Assembly (NCBI GenBank): GCA_965248455.1
Contig: OZ252105.1
Location: 2,269,360 to 2,333,359, forward strand
Direction: 5' to 3'
Length of the DNA: 64,000 nt
Origin: Dehalococcoidia bacterium
GTDB lineage: Bacteria > Chloroflexota > Dehalococcoidia > Lucifugimonadales > Australimonadaceae
Shown here: positions 43,640-52,680 of the stretch, piece by piece
Numbering within the stretch: the first letter of the stretch is position 1
Layout of the letters: each line of letters opens with the position of its first letter
Position numbers and translations under genes: made by a program
The notes under the pieces: model-generated
What the model saw: only the letters and a program-made list of their open reading frames with translations
Database searches by the model: none
Told to the model about the DNA's origin: nothing

Positions 43640-43686
43640 GAAGAGAGAGGGAGGCACCGGAATGGAGGAGGAGGCAAAGGGAGAGC

Positions 43687-45060
43687 TTAGTCACGCGCGG
43701 CGCCTGCTGCGGTTGCTACGCGACCCTGCAGCGACCACGGCGTCGTACGCGTGATGCGCACGTTGACGATGTCGCCGAGGGCTATGCCCTCACCCGGGGG
43801 GAGAAGGGGCGAGATTCCCGCCTGCGCGGGAATGACGGGGTGGGCGTCGGGAGTGACGGGTTGGGCGTCGAAGAAGACGAGCTTGTCCGTGCGCGTGCGC
43901 CCCTGCAGGCGTCCGTGGCTGTGGCCGTCCACAAGCACCTCTTCGGTCGAGCCTAGGTAGGTGTTGTTGATGCCGGTGAGGATCGTTTCCTGCGCGGCCT
44001 CTATCGCCTTCAGGCGGCGGTGCTTCTCCTCCTGGGGCACGTCGTCGGTCATCTTGCGCTCGGCGAACGTGTTGGGGCGCGTCGAGTACATCGCAACGTG
44101 CACCTTGTCGAACCCGATGTCGCGCACCATCGCCAGCGAATCCTCGAACTGCGCATCCGTCTCCCCCGGAAAGCCCACGATGAGGTCGGTGACCATCGCG
44201 ACGCCGGAGATGGACGCTCGCACGCGGCCAACGAGTTCGCGGTACTGGGCGTTTGTGTAGCCCCGGCGCATCCTCGCCAGCACGTCGTCGTTGCCCGCCT
44301 GGAAGGGGAGGTTGATGTTCTCCATCACACGCGGCAGAGCTGCAACAGCATCGATGATGCGCTGGCTCATGTCGTTCGGGTGCGACGTCAGGAAGCGGAT
44401 CCGCGCCAGCTCCGGCACGCGCTCGTGGATGGCCTCCAGCAGGTCGGCGAGGTCAGGCGCGCCGTCGAGGTCATGCCCGTAGGAGTCGACGTTCTGCCCG
44501 AGCAGCGTCACTTCGCGCACGCCTCGCGCCGTCAGCATCCGGCACTCCTCCACCAGTTCCGCGATGGATCGCGAGACCTCTCGGCCCCGGCGGTAGGGGA
44601 TGATGCAGAACGTGCAGAACTTATCGCAGCCGTGGATGATCGGCACATGCGTCGTAACCGACGGATGGCCGGGCACGAACGGCCCTGCGCAGCCATCCGG
44701 GTCCACGCCCAGCCGGTCGCCTACGATCTCGATGAGCGGCTCGAACTGCTGCGGCTGCATGAAGACGTCGACGTAGGGGTAGCGCTTGCGGAGGTCGTCC
44801 TGCTTCGGCCCGACCATGCAGCCCATGACAGCGAGCGTCTTCTCCGGGAAGCGCTCCTTCCACGGTTTGAGCGACGTGAGCATCCCCACGACCCGATCCT
44901 CGGCCTGCTGCCGCACGACGCAGCTGTTGAGCACGATTACGTCGGCCTGTTTGGCGTTGGGCTCCCATTGCAGGCCGAGCTGCTCCAAGCCTGCCCCCAT
45001 CCGCTCGGAGTCGGCTTTGTTCATCTGACACCCAACTGTCCAAACGTGGTAACTGGTCAT
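43687..45060 (-). CDS. miaB: tRNA-i6A37 methylthiotransferase MiaB (radical SAM)
   Basis: I chose ATG 45060 (MTSYHVWTVGCQMNKADSE). The radical-SAM cluster is GCDKFCTFC, followed by a C-terminal TRAM domain. The 519-aa track version would run across tRNA-Ser. Confidence 0.9.
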   Translation of the reverse strand: MTSYHVWTVGCQMNKADSERMGAGLEQLGLQWEPNAKQADVIVLNSCVVRQQAEDRVVGMLTSLKPWKERFPEKTLAVMGCMVGPKQDDLRKRYPYVDVFMQPQQFEPLIEIVGDRLGVDPDGCAGPFVPGHPSVTTHVPIIHGCDKFCTFCIIPYRRGREVSRSIAELVEECRMLTARGVREVTLLGQNVDSYGHDLDGAPDLADLLEAIHERVPELARIRFLTSHPNDMSQRIIDAVAALPRVMENINLPFQAGNDDVLARMRRGYTNAQYRELVGRVRASISGVAMVTDLIVGFPGETDAQFEDSLAMVRDIGFDKVHVAMYSTRPNTFAERKMTDDVPQEEKHRRLKAIEAAQETILTGINNTYLGSTEEVLVDGHSHGRLQGRTRTDKLVFFDAQPVTPDAHPVIPAQAGISPLLPPGEGIALGDIVNVRITRTTPWSLQGRVATAAGAARD

Positions 45061-45127
45061 CGCTACACCGGCAGGCCTTCCAATGTTCGGGGGGCTGACG
45101 TGGGGGAGAGGCGGAGCGAGCGAGCGC

Positions 45128-45220
45128 TGGCGGAGGGAGCGGGATTCGAACCCGCGAGGGGGCTCATCACCCCCAACCCGCTTAGCAGGCGGGCGCACTA
45201 GGCCACTATGCGATCCCTCC
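45128..45220 (-). tRNA. tRNA-Ser (anticodon GCU)
   Basis: Acceptor GGAGGGA/TCCCTCC, anticodon stem CCCGC/GCGGG with loop CTGCTAA, long variable arm (GGGGG..CCCCC), T arm GCGGG-TTCGAAT-CCCGC, encoded CCA. Confidence 0.9.
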
Positions 45221-45282
45221 CTCGCCCCGAATAGATACCATACCAAATCGCCGCCTCCGAGAGTATAGAACAGCGCGCCGTT

Positions 45283-45810
45283 TCAGGAGTTGTCAGGAGT
45301 GCGCAGGAGCGGCGAAACTTTTATTTTCCGCTCATTTCCGCTCATTTCCTATCATTTCTCTCGTAGACGGTGGCGATGGGGCTGGGATGCGCTTGGGGCT
45401 TCGCCCTCATCTGGCCGTCTCCAGAGGGGATGAGACCTGCGAAGAAGGGGCCGCTCCTGTTTTGCTTGTTTTCGGCCATTTCTGCCACTTATCTCACTTC
45501 TGGAGCGCGCGGTTGTTCAGGAGTGCGCAGGAGTGGGGACCCCCCATACCTTGGCCCGATTTGGCCCGATTTACCTTTGGCTGCGGGGCCGGAACGAGGC
45601 CAAGGGCGGCCTCGTGTGGCACGCCACTCACCCGTAACCGTGAGAGGGCGCCCATGAGGAACGTCCCCTGCGGGGGCCTCACGCCACCTCTCCAGGCCGG
45701 GGATGCGAGGTTCCTGCCTTCGCTGGAACGACGGAAAATATTCGCGTAAACGACGCATGCAACCAATGTAAGGGCGGGCGGGAAGATGGCGCAATGGGCA
45801 GTTGTCGCGG
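45283..45810. repeat. Mosaic repeat block R3 (iteron modules, GGGGACCCCCC tract, REP-like unit, IS110-target core)
   Basis: 45283-45370 is the iteron module. 45551-45572 holds the tttggcccga x2 iterons. 45699-45734 is a REP-like unit. 45749-45807 is the core. Confidence 0.75.
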
Positions 45811-45908
45811 GACGTTGGGGTCCGAGCGGGCGTTGGGGCGACAGGCCCGCCCTGGCAATACTCCAGTTTTGATTTCTGATATAGAAACATACCGCTGAGG
45901 CACAGGAG

Positions 45909-46157
45909 GTGGGTCTGATGAACGCGACAACTCATGTCTCCCGATGGGGCACCAGCCTTGCCGTACGCATCCCCAAGGCTATCGCCCAGCAGCTGGGCGT
46001 TCAGGAAGGCTCTGCGGTCGAGATCATCCCCGGAGACAACCAGGTTGTGCTGCGCAAGAGGCTGTTCGTGCTCAGCGATATGCTGGCCGAGGTGACAGAC
46101 GACAACCTCCAGGCTGGGCAGGACGCTGGCCCTGCCCAGGGCAACGAAGGGTGGTAG
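45909..46157 (+). CDS. AbrB/MazE/SpoVT-family antitoxin-like DNA-binding protein
   Basis: 82-aa ORF. VSRWGTSLAVRIPKAIAQQLGVQEGSAVEIIPGDNQVVLRK is the swapped-hairpin SpoVT/AbrB pattern. Confidence 0.75.
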   Translation: MGLMNATTHVSRWGTSLAVRIPKAIAQQLGVQEGSAVEIIPGDNQVVLRKRLFVLSDMLAEVTDDNLQAGQDAGPAQGNEGW

Positions 46158-46270
46158 GCGGGGCGTACGTCCCCGACAGGGGAGACATCGTATGCCTAAA
46201 ACTCCATTCCGCAGACCGAGCGCGAGCAGGCAGAACCGGATGTACTCCAAATCGGGCGCAGGGCAGCACC
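46150..46270 (+). pseudogene. Decayed MazF/PemK-like toxin remnant
   Basis: A GTG overlapping the mazE-like stop opens VVGGAYVPDRGDIVCL, the canonical MazF N-terminus (YVPDRGDIVW). The frame then degenerates: a shifted frame gives ..IPQTEREQAEPDVLQI.. against the expected PQxGxEQxGxRPxLV. It is cut off by the convergent lipoprotein gene. Confidence 0.4.
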
Positions 46271-46274
46271 TACG

Positions 46275-47004
46275 CTATCCCGCGTGTAGCTGCGTACGGG
46301 TGGGAGTCGGGGGAGGCGCAGGGGTGGGAGTCGGAGGAGGCGCAGGAGTGGGCGTCCAATCAGGAGGGGAGATGCGGAAATCCTCTCCGAAGCGTCCATG
46401 AGTGGTTACATTGGAAATCTCCGCGTTTTCTGTGCGAACCACCCGATCTGTCGTGCGAGCCATCCGGCTTTCCGTGCGAACCAACCGGAGCGTATCAGCG
46501 TCGATGAACAGGTCTATCGTCCGGACTAACGTTGGCGTAGGGGTTAGTCCGTTTCCTCTGAGATGATAGACGCGTGCGCCGTCCAGCATCTCATCGCTGA
46601 GCCGTTCGACGTCACCCAGGCCGGGGGGGGAGACTATATGTTGGAGGATAATCCGCCCCGGGGATGTCCTCCGGTCCATTTAAGTAGACCTCTCCATCCA
46701 CTACTACAGCTTCCTGTGTGACAAAGGGAACCCCTGCTCTAGATGCATTCTTGATATTGCGGTAGTTCTGCTCATCCTGCAGTTCGCTCTCCACCGTCAC
46801 CGTGATTCCAAGCGACCAGGAGGTACCTACGTAGACAACGGCGAATGATTCCACCTTCGCCATAGCCTCTTCCGTCGCCGCGAGTATCTCTCCGGCGCTG
46901 GCATCGTCGAACGGAAGCGTATCGGCACGGCATGCGGCAGCGAATACGGCGATGGCTAACGCGGCAACCGCGGGGATGGCAAGGGCCTTCTGCATATGGG
47001 ACAT
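46275..47004 (-). pseudogene. Putative lipoprotein with a Pro/Thr-rich tail, split by a 1-nt insertion in a G8/C8 run (46623-46630)
   Basis: The signal/lipobox is MSHMQKALAIPAVAALAIAVFAAAC. The frame changes at the homopolymer; C7 would read ...TYSLPPGLGDVERL... The tail PTPAPPPTPTPAPPPTPT is encoded by the 24-bp tandem repeat. Confidence 0.6.
46298..46357. repeat. 24-bp tandem repeat (2.5 units) encoding the Pro/Thr-rich tail of the lipoprotein
   Basis: gggtgggagtcgggggaggcgcag / gggtgggagtcggaggaggcgcag / gagtgggcgtcc. Confidence 0.8.
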
Positions 47005-47059
47005 GCTAACAGGGCGTGTACAATCCGCCCGTACATGGCAGTCTTTCGCGGAGGAGCAT

Positions 47060-47275
47060 ATGCCCGATATGACGACTGAGGAAGTGCGTATGCTTCTGCG
47101 GGTGCAGGGGCTGGCGCCGCTCGACGCGACGGACCTCGAAGAAATCACGCATCGCATCAACGCTATCAACGAGGCTGTTGCCGCCCTCGAGAGCGCAGAC
47201 GCCGACGCCATCGAGCCGTTGCCCGTCTTCTGGCTCACGCAGGAGGAAACGGAAGAGGGAGCGCACGATGCCTGA
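47060..47275 (+). CDS. Small (71 aa) GatC-like putative amidase partner subunit
   Basis: I chose ATG 47060, preceded by GGAGGAG. MPDMTTEEVRMLLRVQGLAPLDATDLEEITHRINAINEAVAALESADADAIEPLPVF follows the GatC pattern. 8-bp overlap with the amidase start. Confidence 0.6.
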   Translation: MPDMTTEEVRMLLRVQGLAPLDATDLEEITHRINAINEAVAALESADADAIEPLPVFWLTQEETEEGAHDA

Positions 47276-48686
47276 TGACCTGACCCTGAATGACCTGACC
47301 CTGAGACCGGCGACGGAGCTCTCCGCACTGATCACGAGCGGCAAGTTGTCGCCGGTGGAGCTGACCGAGGCGTTCATCGCCAGAGCAAAACGATTCTCAC
47401 GTCTCAACGCCTACATCACGCTCGACGAGGAGGGGGCGCTCCGCGCCGCGCGGTACGCCGAGGCCGAGCTTGCTCGCGGCGCAGGACGCGGCCCGCTCCA
47501 CGGCTTGCCCGTCGCGGTGAAGGACCAGTTCGACGCCAAGGGGCTGCGCACGACGGTCGGCGGCAACATCGTCAACTACATCGCGGAGGAGGACGCCACC
47601 GCCGTCGGGCGGCTCCGCGAGGCAGGCGCGGTGCTCCTCGGCAAGCTGAACCTCAGCGAATACGCGCTCGGCGGCAACGTGCAGCACCCGTTCGGCGTGC
47701 CCCACAACCCGTGGGACGAAACACGCCAGGCCGGTCAGTCCAGCAGCGGCTCCGGCGTGGCCATTGCGGCGTCGCTCTGCGCAGCATCGCTCGGCGGCGA
47801 TACCGCAGGCTCCATACGCGGCCCGGCGGGCTGGTGCGGCATCGTGGGGCTGCGTCCAACGTGGGGAGCGGTGAGCCGCCACGGGGCCTTCCCCATGGCG
47901 TGGTTCATGGACACGATAGGCCCCATGACCAAGACGGTCGCCGATGCGGCGATGCTCTATCAGACCATCGCCGGGCACGACCCGCGCGATCCGTACACGT
48001 CCCGCCGCCCCGTAACGCCGTTCGAGCCGCTCGCCGATCTGCGAGGCATCCGCGTGGGCGTCGTCCGCGAGAGTATCGACAACGGGATGTCGACCGCCGA
48101 GGTTGCCGATGCGGTCGATGCGGCGATGCGCGTGCTCCAGGAGGCCGGCGCCTCGATCGCCGACGCCTCGCTGCCCCTGTTCGACAGGGGAGGGCTCATC
48201 GCGAATACGCTGTCCGACGTAGAGGCTGCGCACACGCATCGCCGGTGGCTGCGCGAACGGCCTCGCGACTACGATTTCGCAACGCGCAGGCGTCTGATGG
48301 CGGCGAGCCTCGTGCCCGCGACCGCGTACACCAAGCTCACGCGGTTCCGCACGCTCATGCGCGAGCACGTCATGCGCGAGCTCGACCGATTCGACATCAT
48401 CGTGACGCCTGCGCAGCCCGCGGGCGCGCCGCCCATCGCCACCGAAACGGGGCTCACGTCCAAGGAGGCGGTGATGGGACAGTTCTTCGGGTTGCGCTCC
48501 CACCGAAGCCCGTTCAACCTCTCCGGCGTGCCTGCGATGGCCGTTCCCTGCGGCTTCACGAGCGGCGGCCTCCCCATGAGCGTCCAGCTGGCGGCGCGTC
48601 CGTTCGCGGAGAACACGCTCTTCCGCATAGGCCACGCCTACCAAGAGCGCACGGACTGGCACGAACGCCGCCCGCCGCTGGCCTAG
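47268..48686 (+). CDS. Amidase-signature family enzyme (GatA-like)
   Basis: I chose ATG 47268 (MPDDLTLNDLTLRPATELSALITSGKLSPVELTEAFIARA). The amidase signature is GQSSSGSGVAIAAS. Confidence 0.9.
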   Translation: MPDDLTLNDLTLRPATELSALITSGKLSPVELTEAFIARAKRFSRLNAYITLDEEGALRAARYAEAELARGAGRGPLHGLPVAVKDQFDAKGLRTTVGGNIVNYIAEEDATAVGRLREAGAVLLGKLNLSEYALGGNVQHPFGVPHNPWDETRQAGQSSSGSGVAIAASLCAASLGGDTAGSIRGPAGWCGIVGLRPTWGAVSRHGAFPMAWFMDTIGPMTKTVADAAMLYQTIAGHDPRDPYTSRRPVTPFEPLADLRGIRVGVVRESIDNGMSTAEVADAVDAAMRVLQEAGASIADASLPLFDRGGLIANTLSDVEAAHTHRRWLRERPRDYDFATRRRLMAASLVPATAYTKLTRFRTLMREHVMRELDRFDIIVTPAQPAGAPPIATETGLTSKEAVMGQFFGLRSHRSPFNLSGVPAMAVPCGFTSGGLPMSVQLAARPFAENTLFRIGHAYQERTDWHERRPPLA

Positions 48687-48790
48687 GCTCCCGTATAGCC
48701 CCCACAACGCCTAGCCGCGCCCAGCGCTGCGGTGCTATCCTCGCGAACGCCGTCTACGGCGATTTCAACGGCGGCTCTGTGTAGCGCGCG

Positions 48791-49306
48791 ATGGCAGATT
48801 TCTACGACCGCATCACCAGTGAGCAGGCCGACCTCATCCGGCAGGCGCGGCTCTTCTTCGTCGCCACCGCCGATCCTGCGCTCACGCCGGGGAAGAACGG
48901 CGCCGGGGCGGTGAACGTGTCGCCCAAGGGCGGCGTACCGCTCCACGTGCTGGACGAGCGCCGCGTGGCGTACCTCAACTACATCGGCAGCGGCAACGAG
49001 ACGGCGCGCCACTCGCTGGCCGGCGGCCCTATCACCCTCATGGTGTGCGCCTTCGAGCAGGAGAACGCTGCCGTCGTGCGGCTGTACGGACGCGCCGACG
49101 TTACGCCGCTCGCGGAATCGCCCCACGCCGCGCTGCTCATGAACGCGCCCGCTGACGAAATCGCTCTGCCGCAGCGGCAGGCCATCGTCGTCAGCGTCGA
49201 GGGCACGAGCACCAGTTGCGGCTACGGCGTGCCGGTGATGGCGTTCGGGGCGCAGCGCACGGTGCGCGATCGGGGCCGGCGCTACAAGCAGGCGAAGAAA
49301 GCGTAA
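48791..49306 (+). CDS. Pyridoxamine 5'-phosphate oxidase family protein
   Basis: 171-aa ORF with the pattern LFFVATADP...VNVSPKGG...LNYIGSGNETARH. Confidence 0.7.
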   Translation: MADFYDRITSEQADLIRQARLFFVATADPALTPGKNGAGAVNVSPKGGVPLHVLDERRVAYLNYIGSGNETARHSLAGGPITLMVCAFEQENAAVVRLYGRADVTPLAESPHAALLMNAPADEIALPQRQAIVVSVEGTSTSCGYGVPVMAFGAQRTVRDRGRRYKQAKKA

Positions 49307-49322
49307 CCCCGGGACAGACGCC

Positions 49323-49769
49323 CTACGGCTGGGCGTCTATCAGCACGAACGCGATGATGCACGGCTCCGTGCCGCGATTCACCCAGTTATGCACCGTCGC
49401 CCGCTGCACGAGCACATCGCCCGCTTGCAGGTGCACCTCCACACCGTCGTCCAGCTCCATCTCGATCTCGCCGGACATCACGACCGCGTAGTCGATGGTG
49501 GGCGTTACGTGCATGTCGCGCTCGTTGCCCGGCCCGAACTCGATGACGCGGAAAATCGTCCCGCGGTATGACGGCGGACGCTCCACGCTGCGGGCACCGA
49601 GATCCTCCGCGCCCGTCAGCTCGGCCGGCGTCGAGTCCGTTATCCATACGAGCGCCGTCTCGACGCCGGGGCGCGGGTTGCGCTTGTTGCCCGCCGTATC
49701 GTCTATGCGGACGACCGCCCTGCCGTTGTCGTCGTGGCCCGTTACAACTCTGCGAACGTTGAGCGCCAT
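49323..49769 (-). CDS. Cupin domain protein
   Basis: The C-terminal part DYAVVMSGEIEMELDDGVEVHLQAGDVLVQRATVHNWVN is a classic cupin beta-barrel motif. I chose the internal Met (MALNVRRVV). Confidence 0.7.
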   Translation of the reverse strand: MALNVRRVVTGHDDNGRAVVRIDDTAGNKRNPRPGVETALVWITDSTPAELTGAEDLGARSVERPPSYRGTIFRVIEFGPGNERDMHVTPTIDYAVVMSGEIEMELDDGVEVHLQAGDVLVQRATVHNWVNRGTEPCIIAFVLIDAQP

Positions 49770-49972
49770 CAATCTCCTCCCCCTGTGTAGTGCGCTCCGC
49801 ATCCTACGGCCAGCGCTCCGCCCGCCGCTATAGGCTCCCTGCCCTAGTCATGCCGAGCAGCGGTTGATGGCAAGCCTGCGGATGCACGCCCTTCCCTTGT
49901 TGGCGAGGCGAGGGCGGTGCTATCCTGCTCCTATCCTGAGTTGGGGGCATGCCTCCGGCTCGTCCCAAGCGT

Positions 49973-50048
49973 GGGCCTGTAGCGCAGTTGGGAGCGCGCC
50001 TCAATGGCATTGAGGAGGCCGGGGGTTCGAATCCCCCCAGGTCCACCA
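49973..50048 (+). tRNA. tRNA-Ala (anticodon GGC)
   Basis: Acceptor GGGCCTG/CAGGTCC including the G3:U70 alanine identity pair. Anticodon stem CCTCA/TGAGG with loop ATGGCAT, T arm GGGGG-TTCGAAT-CCCCC, encoded CCA. Confidence 0.92.
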
Positions 50049-50175
50049 AACTTGACGATAGACAGAACCATCTTCGAGATGTGGCTCGTCCTGGCAGGCT
50101 CGCCAAAGTCTGCTACTGCGCGATCATAACTGGGCGGCATGGGCGGTCGCATTGCCTCGAAATCTGCCCGTGTGG

Positions 50176-50837
50176 TCAGTCGTCCAGCAGACCGTTCCGC
50201 ACTGCCCAGACCACGATCTCCTGTGTCGTGCGAAGACCCAGCTTCACCTGAATGGTGTAGATGGCGTTTCGGATGGTAACCGGCTTGACTCCCCTTGCCT
50301 CCGCAATCGCGGCGTATGACATTCCCCGAGAGAACGACGCAAGTACCTCCTTCTCCCTCGGGGTCAGGTCGGCCTCCTGTTCCTCTTCCGCTGTCGCCCC
50401 GCTCCGTATCCCGGCGAAGACCCGCCTCACCACATCGGTCGGCAAACGCATCTCGCCCGCAGCCACGACCTTCACCATGCTCAGGAGCTGGTCCATTCCG
50501 GACACCTTCTGAAGGTAGCCGGTCGCTCCGGCGGCCACCGCCTCTATCACGGCGTCCGCCTCAGTCGAGGCGGTCAGCATGACCACCCGTGTGTCGGGCA
50601 GCGACTCCATGATCTCCCGGCACGCCTCCACGCCGTCCTTCTTGGGCATCATGACGTCCATGACGATCACGTCGGGCGACAGTTTGGAGGCCGCTTTCAC
50701 CGCCTCCACGCCGTCCCTGGTCTTGCCCCTACCACCTCAAACTCCTCAGACCGTTCCAGCATCACCTGAAGACCCTCCCGCGTGATCGAATGGTCGTCTG
50801 CGAGCAGCACCCTTATGCGACGAGGCTCTGTTGACAA
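50176..50837 (-). pseudogene. NarL/FixJ-type response regulator (receiver plus LuxR HTH), split by a 1-nt frameshift at a C4 run (50726-50729)
   Basis: The N-terminal frame, from TTG 50837, reads STEPRRIRVLLADDHSITREGLQVMLERSEEFEVVG. The track ORF 50176-50709 continues ..DGVEAVKAASKLSPDVIVMDVMMP... and ends in the LuxR HTH (TPREKEVL...IRNAIYTIQVKLG). One extra G (sense strand) would join the two parts. Confidence 0.75.
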
Positions 50838-50838
50838 C

Positions 50839-52096
50839 CTATCCCTCCCGTTCTCCGCGACCCAATGGCATCACACAGGTCACGCTCGCGCCCCCGACCG
50901 GTCCCCTGGGCTCGACGATAAGGCGTCCGCCCAAACGCTCGGCGTACGTCCGCATGTTTGCGAAGCCGTGGCCGCGTTCCTCGTAGTTATCGGGAAGTCC
51001 TACTCCATCGTCCGACACCGACAGCCTGAGCTCACCCTGTCCGAAGTCGAGCTCGGTCAGTACCCGGCTCGCCTCGGCATGGCGAAAGGCGTTGGTAAGA
51101 GCGTTGTGGGCTATGGTGAACAGTAGACTTCTGGCCTCAATCGAGAGTGGCGGCGCCACCCCATTCTGCGTCAGCTCCGTCGACACCGACGTAACGGATG
51201 TGAACGTCGCAACGTGTCCAGCCCAGCTCCCTGCCGTCGAATATGCGGCCCATGTCTATCGGGTGTCTCAGCTGCCAGATGGCGGTTTTAGCAAGCCGTG
51301 AGGTCGCTTCGAGTCTGGCAGTGTGTTCCTCGTTCGAGTCTCCGGCAACCTGTTTGGCCGCGTCTATGCCCTGGCCGATCATGTACGCGGACTGCGCCGT
51401 CGTATCGTGAATCGCCTGAGAGAGCTCGATCCGCTCCCGTTGCAGCTCCCGCTCCCGTTGCAGCTCCCGCTCCCGCTCCACCGCCGCCTGCCTCTTGATC
51501 CGTTCGAATCGGGCGATAAGACTGACGTACAACACAATTGCGTACATCGCCGCCAACCTAGCCAGCAGCTCCTTTTCATCGCCCGCGACGAGGTCAAGAC
51601 CGAGGCCGACCGTCAAGCACACGAGGGTATAAACGACGGCCGTCATCGTCGTCCAGGCCAACCCGAGCCACAACGACGTGAAGAACACGACGAACAGCGC
51701 AAGGGCCGGGTAGTAGGCTAGGGATAGGAAGCCCTCGAACCCACGCTGGAAGATGATGCCGCCCGTGGCCAAGACTACGTACATGGCGCTGAGGAGGAGC
51801 AACCAGCGCCATGTAACCGACCTGTTCGTCAGGAGCCGGTAGTGGACCAGGCCATTGAGCGTCACCAGCGGCACAAGCAGGAACGCATATTCGATGTGCC
51901 CCCCGTAATACCAGAAGCCCGGCCGGTAGACAAACTGGACCGCAACGACAAGGCAGATGAACCAGCGACCCCAGACTGAAACTCCTGCGGCGTACTCAAC
52001 TACGTCCGGGTCGGACACGATGGTTGATGGAAACCGCTTCGCTATGGCTCCTATCTCAGGCTTTAACAAGTTCAGGCACCTACCTAATACACACAT
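50839..52096 (-). pseudogene. Membrane sensor histidine kinase (HisKA_3 plus HATPase_c, NarX/DesK type), split by a frameshift near 51215-51235
   Basis: ORF 51137-52096 has about 5 TM helices, a coiled ERELQRERELQRER linker and the H-box LSQAIHDTTAQSAY. ORF 50839-51186, and its frame extended upstream (WAGHVATFTSVTSV...), carries the N-box FTIAHNALTNAFRHA and SVSDDGVGLP. Confidence 0.75.
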
Positions 52097-52680
52097 ACTT
52101 GGATGCGCCGTGACACTCCAGATCGATTACACCCTTCAATACTGAGGCTGTCGCGACGTGCCTCAGTCCGTCCTGACTGGATGAAAGCCCCAGCTTTGGC
52201 GTGGCACCTGAGACATCTCCTCTCCGGTATGCGCGTGAGAACATGGAGTGTTTGGTGGTCACGGCGGTGTATTTATGACAACTACTCTAGCCACCATCGT
52301 TTGCGCCCGCAAGAGCACTTTATACCTGTCCAAATTGCAGAAACACTCTCCCTCAGAGCAAACACTTTCCCGCCCCAAAGAGTGCTACGGCACTTACCAG
52401 AATGCTGAGAAATCCTTAGCGTTCTTCAGCGGTGAGAAGAATCACAGGATAGGCGGAATCACCGGCTGCCACTCTACGTGCGGCCAGCTTAGGAGGTGGT
52501 TGGCTCCGCTAACCCCGACTCTGCGAGGGAGGCATTCACAGGGCGCTCGACAGACCAGTCCATGCACTTGAGACGGCGGGCGGAACGACGGCCCCTGCCG
52601 TCGCTGCGCCAACCGCCTTCCGGGACCGCCCTGCCCGCACCGGCTGACCATCGTATACCCCACATCGAGGAGGAGACCTT

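Noticed and set aside
45061-45246. The N-terminal 62-residue extension of MiaB in the 519-aa track ORF.
   Set aside because: It would be translated across the tRNA-Ser gene (45128-45220). The canonical MiaB N-terminus MTSYHVWTVGCQMN starts at 45060.
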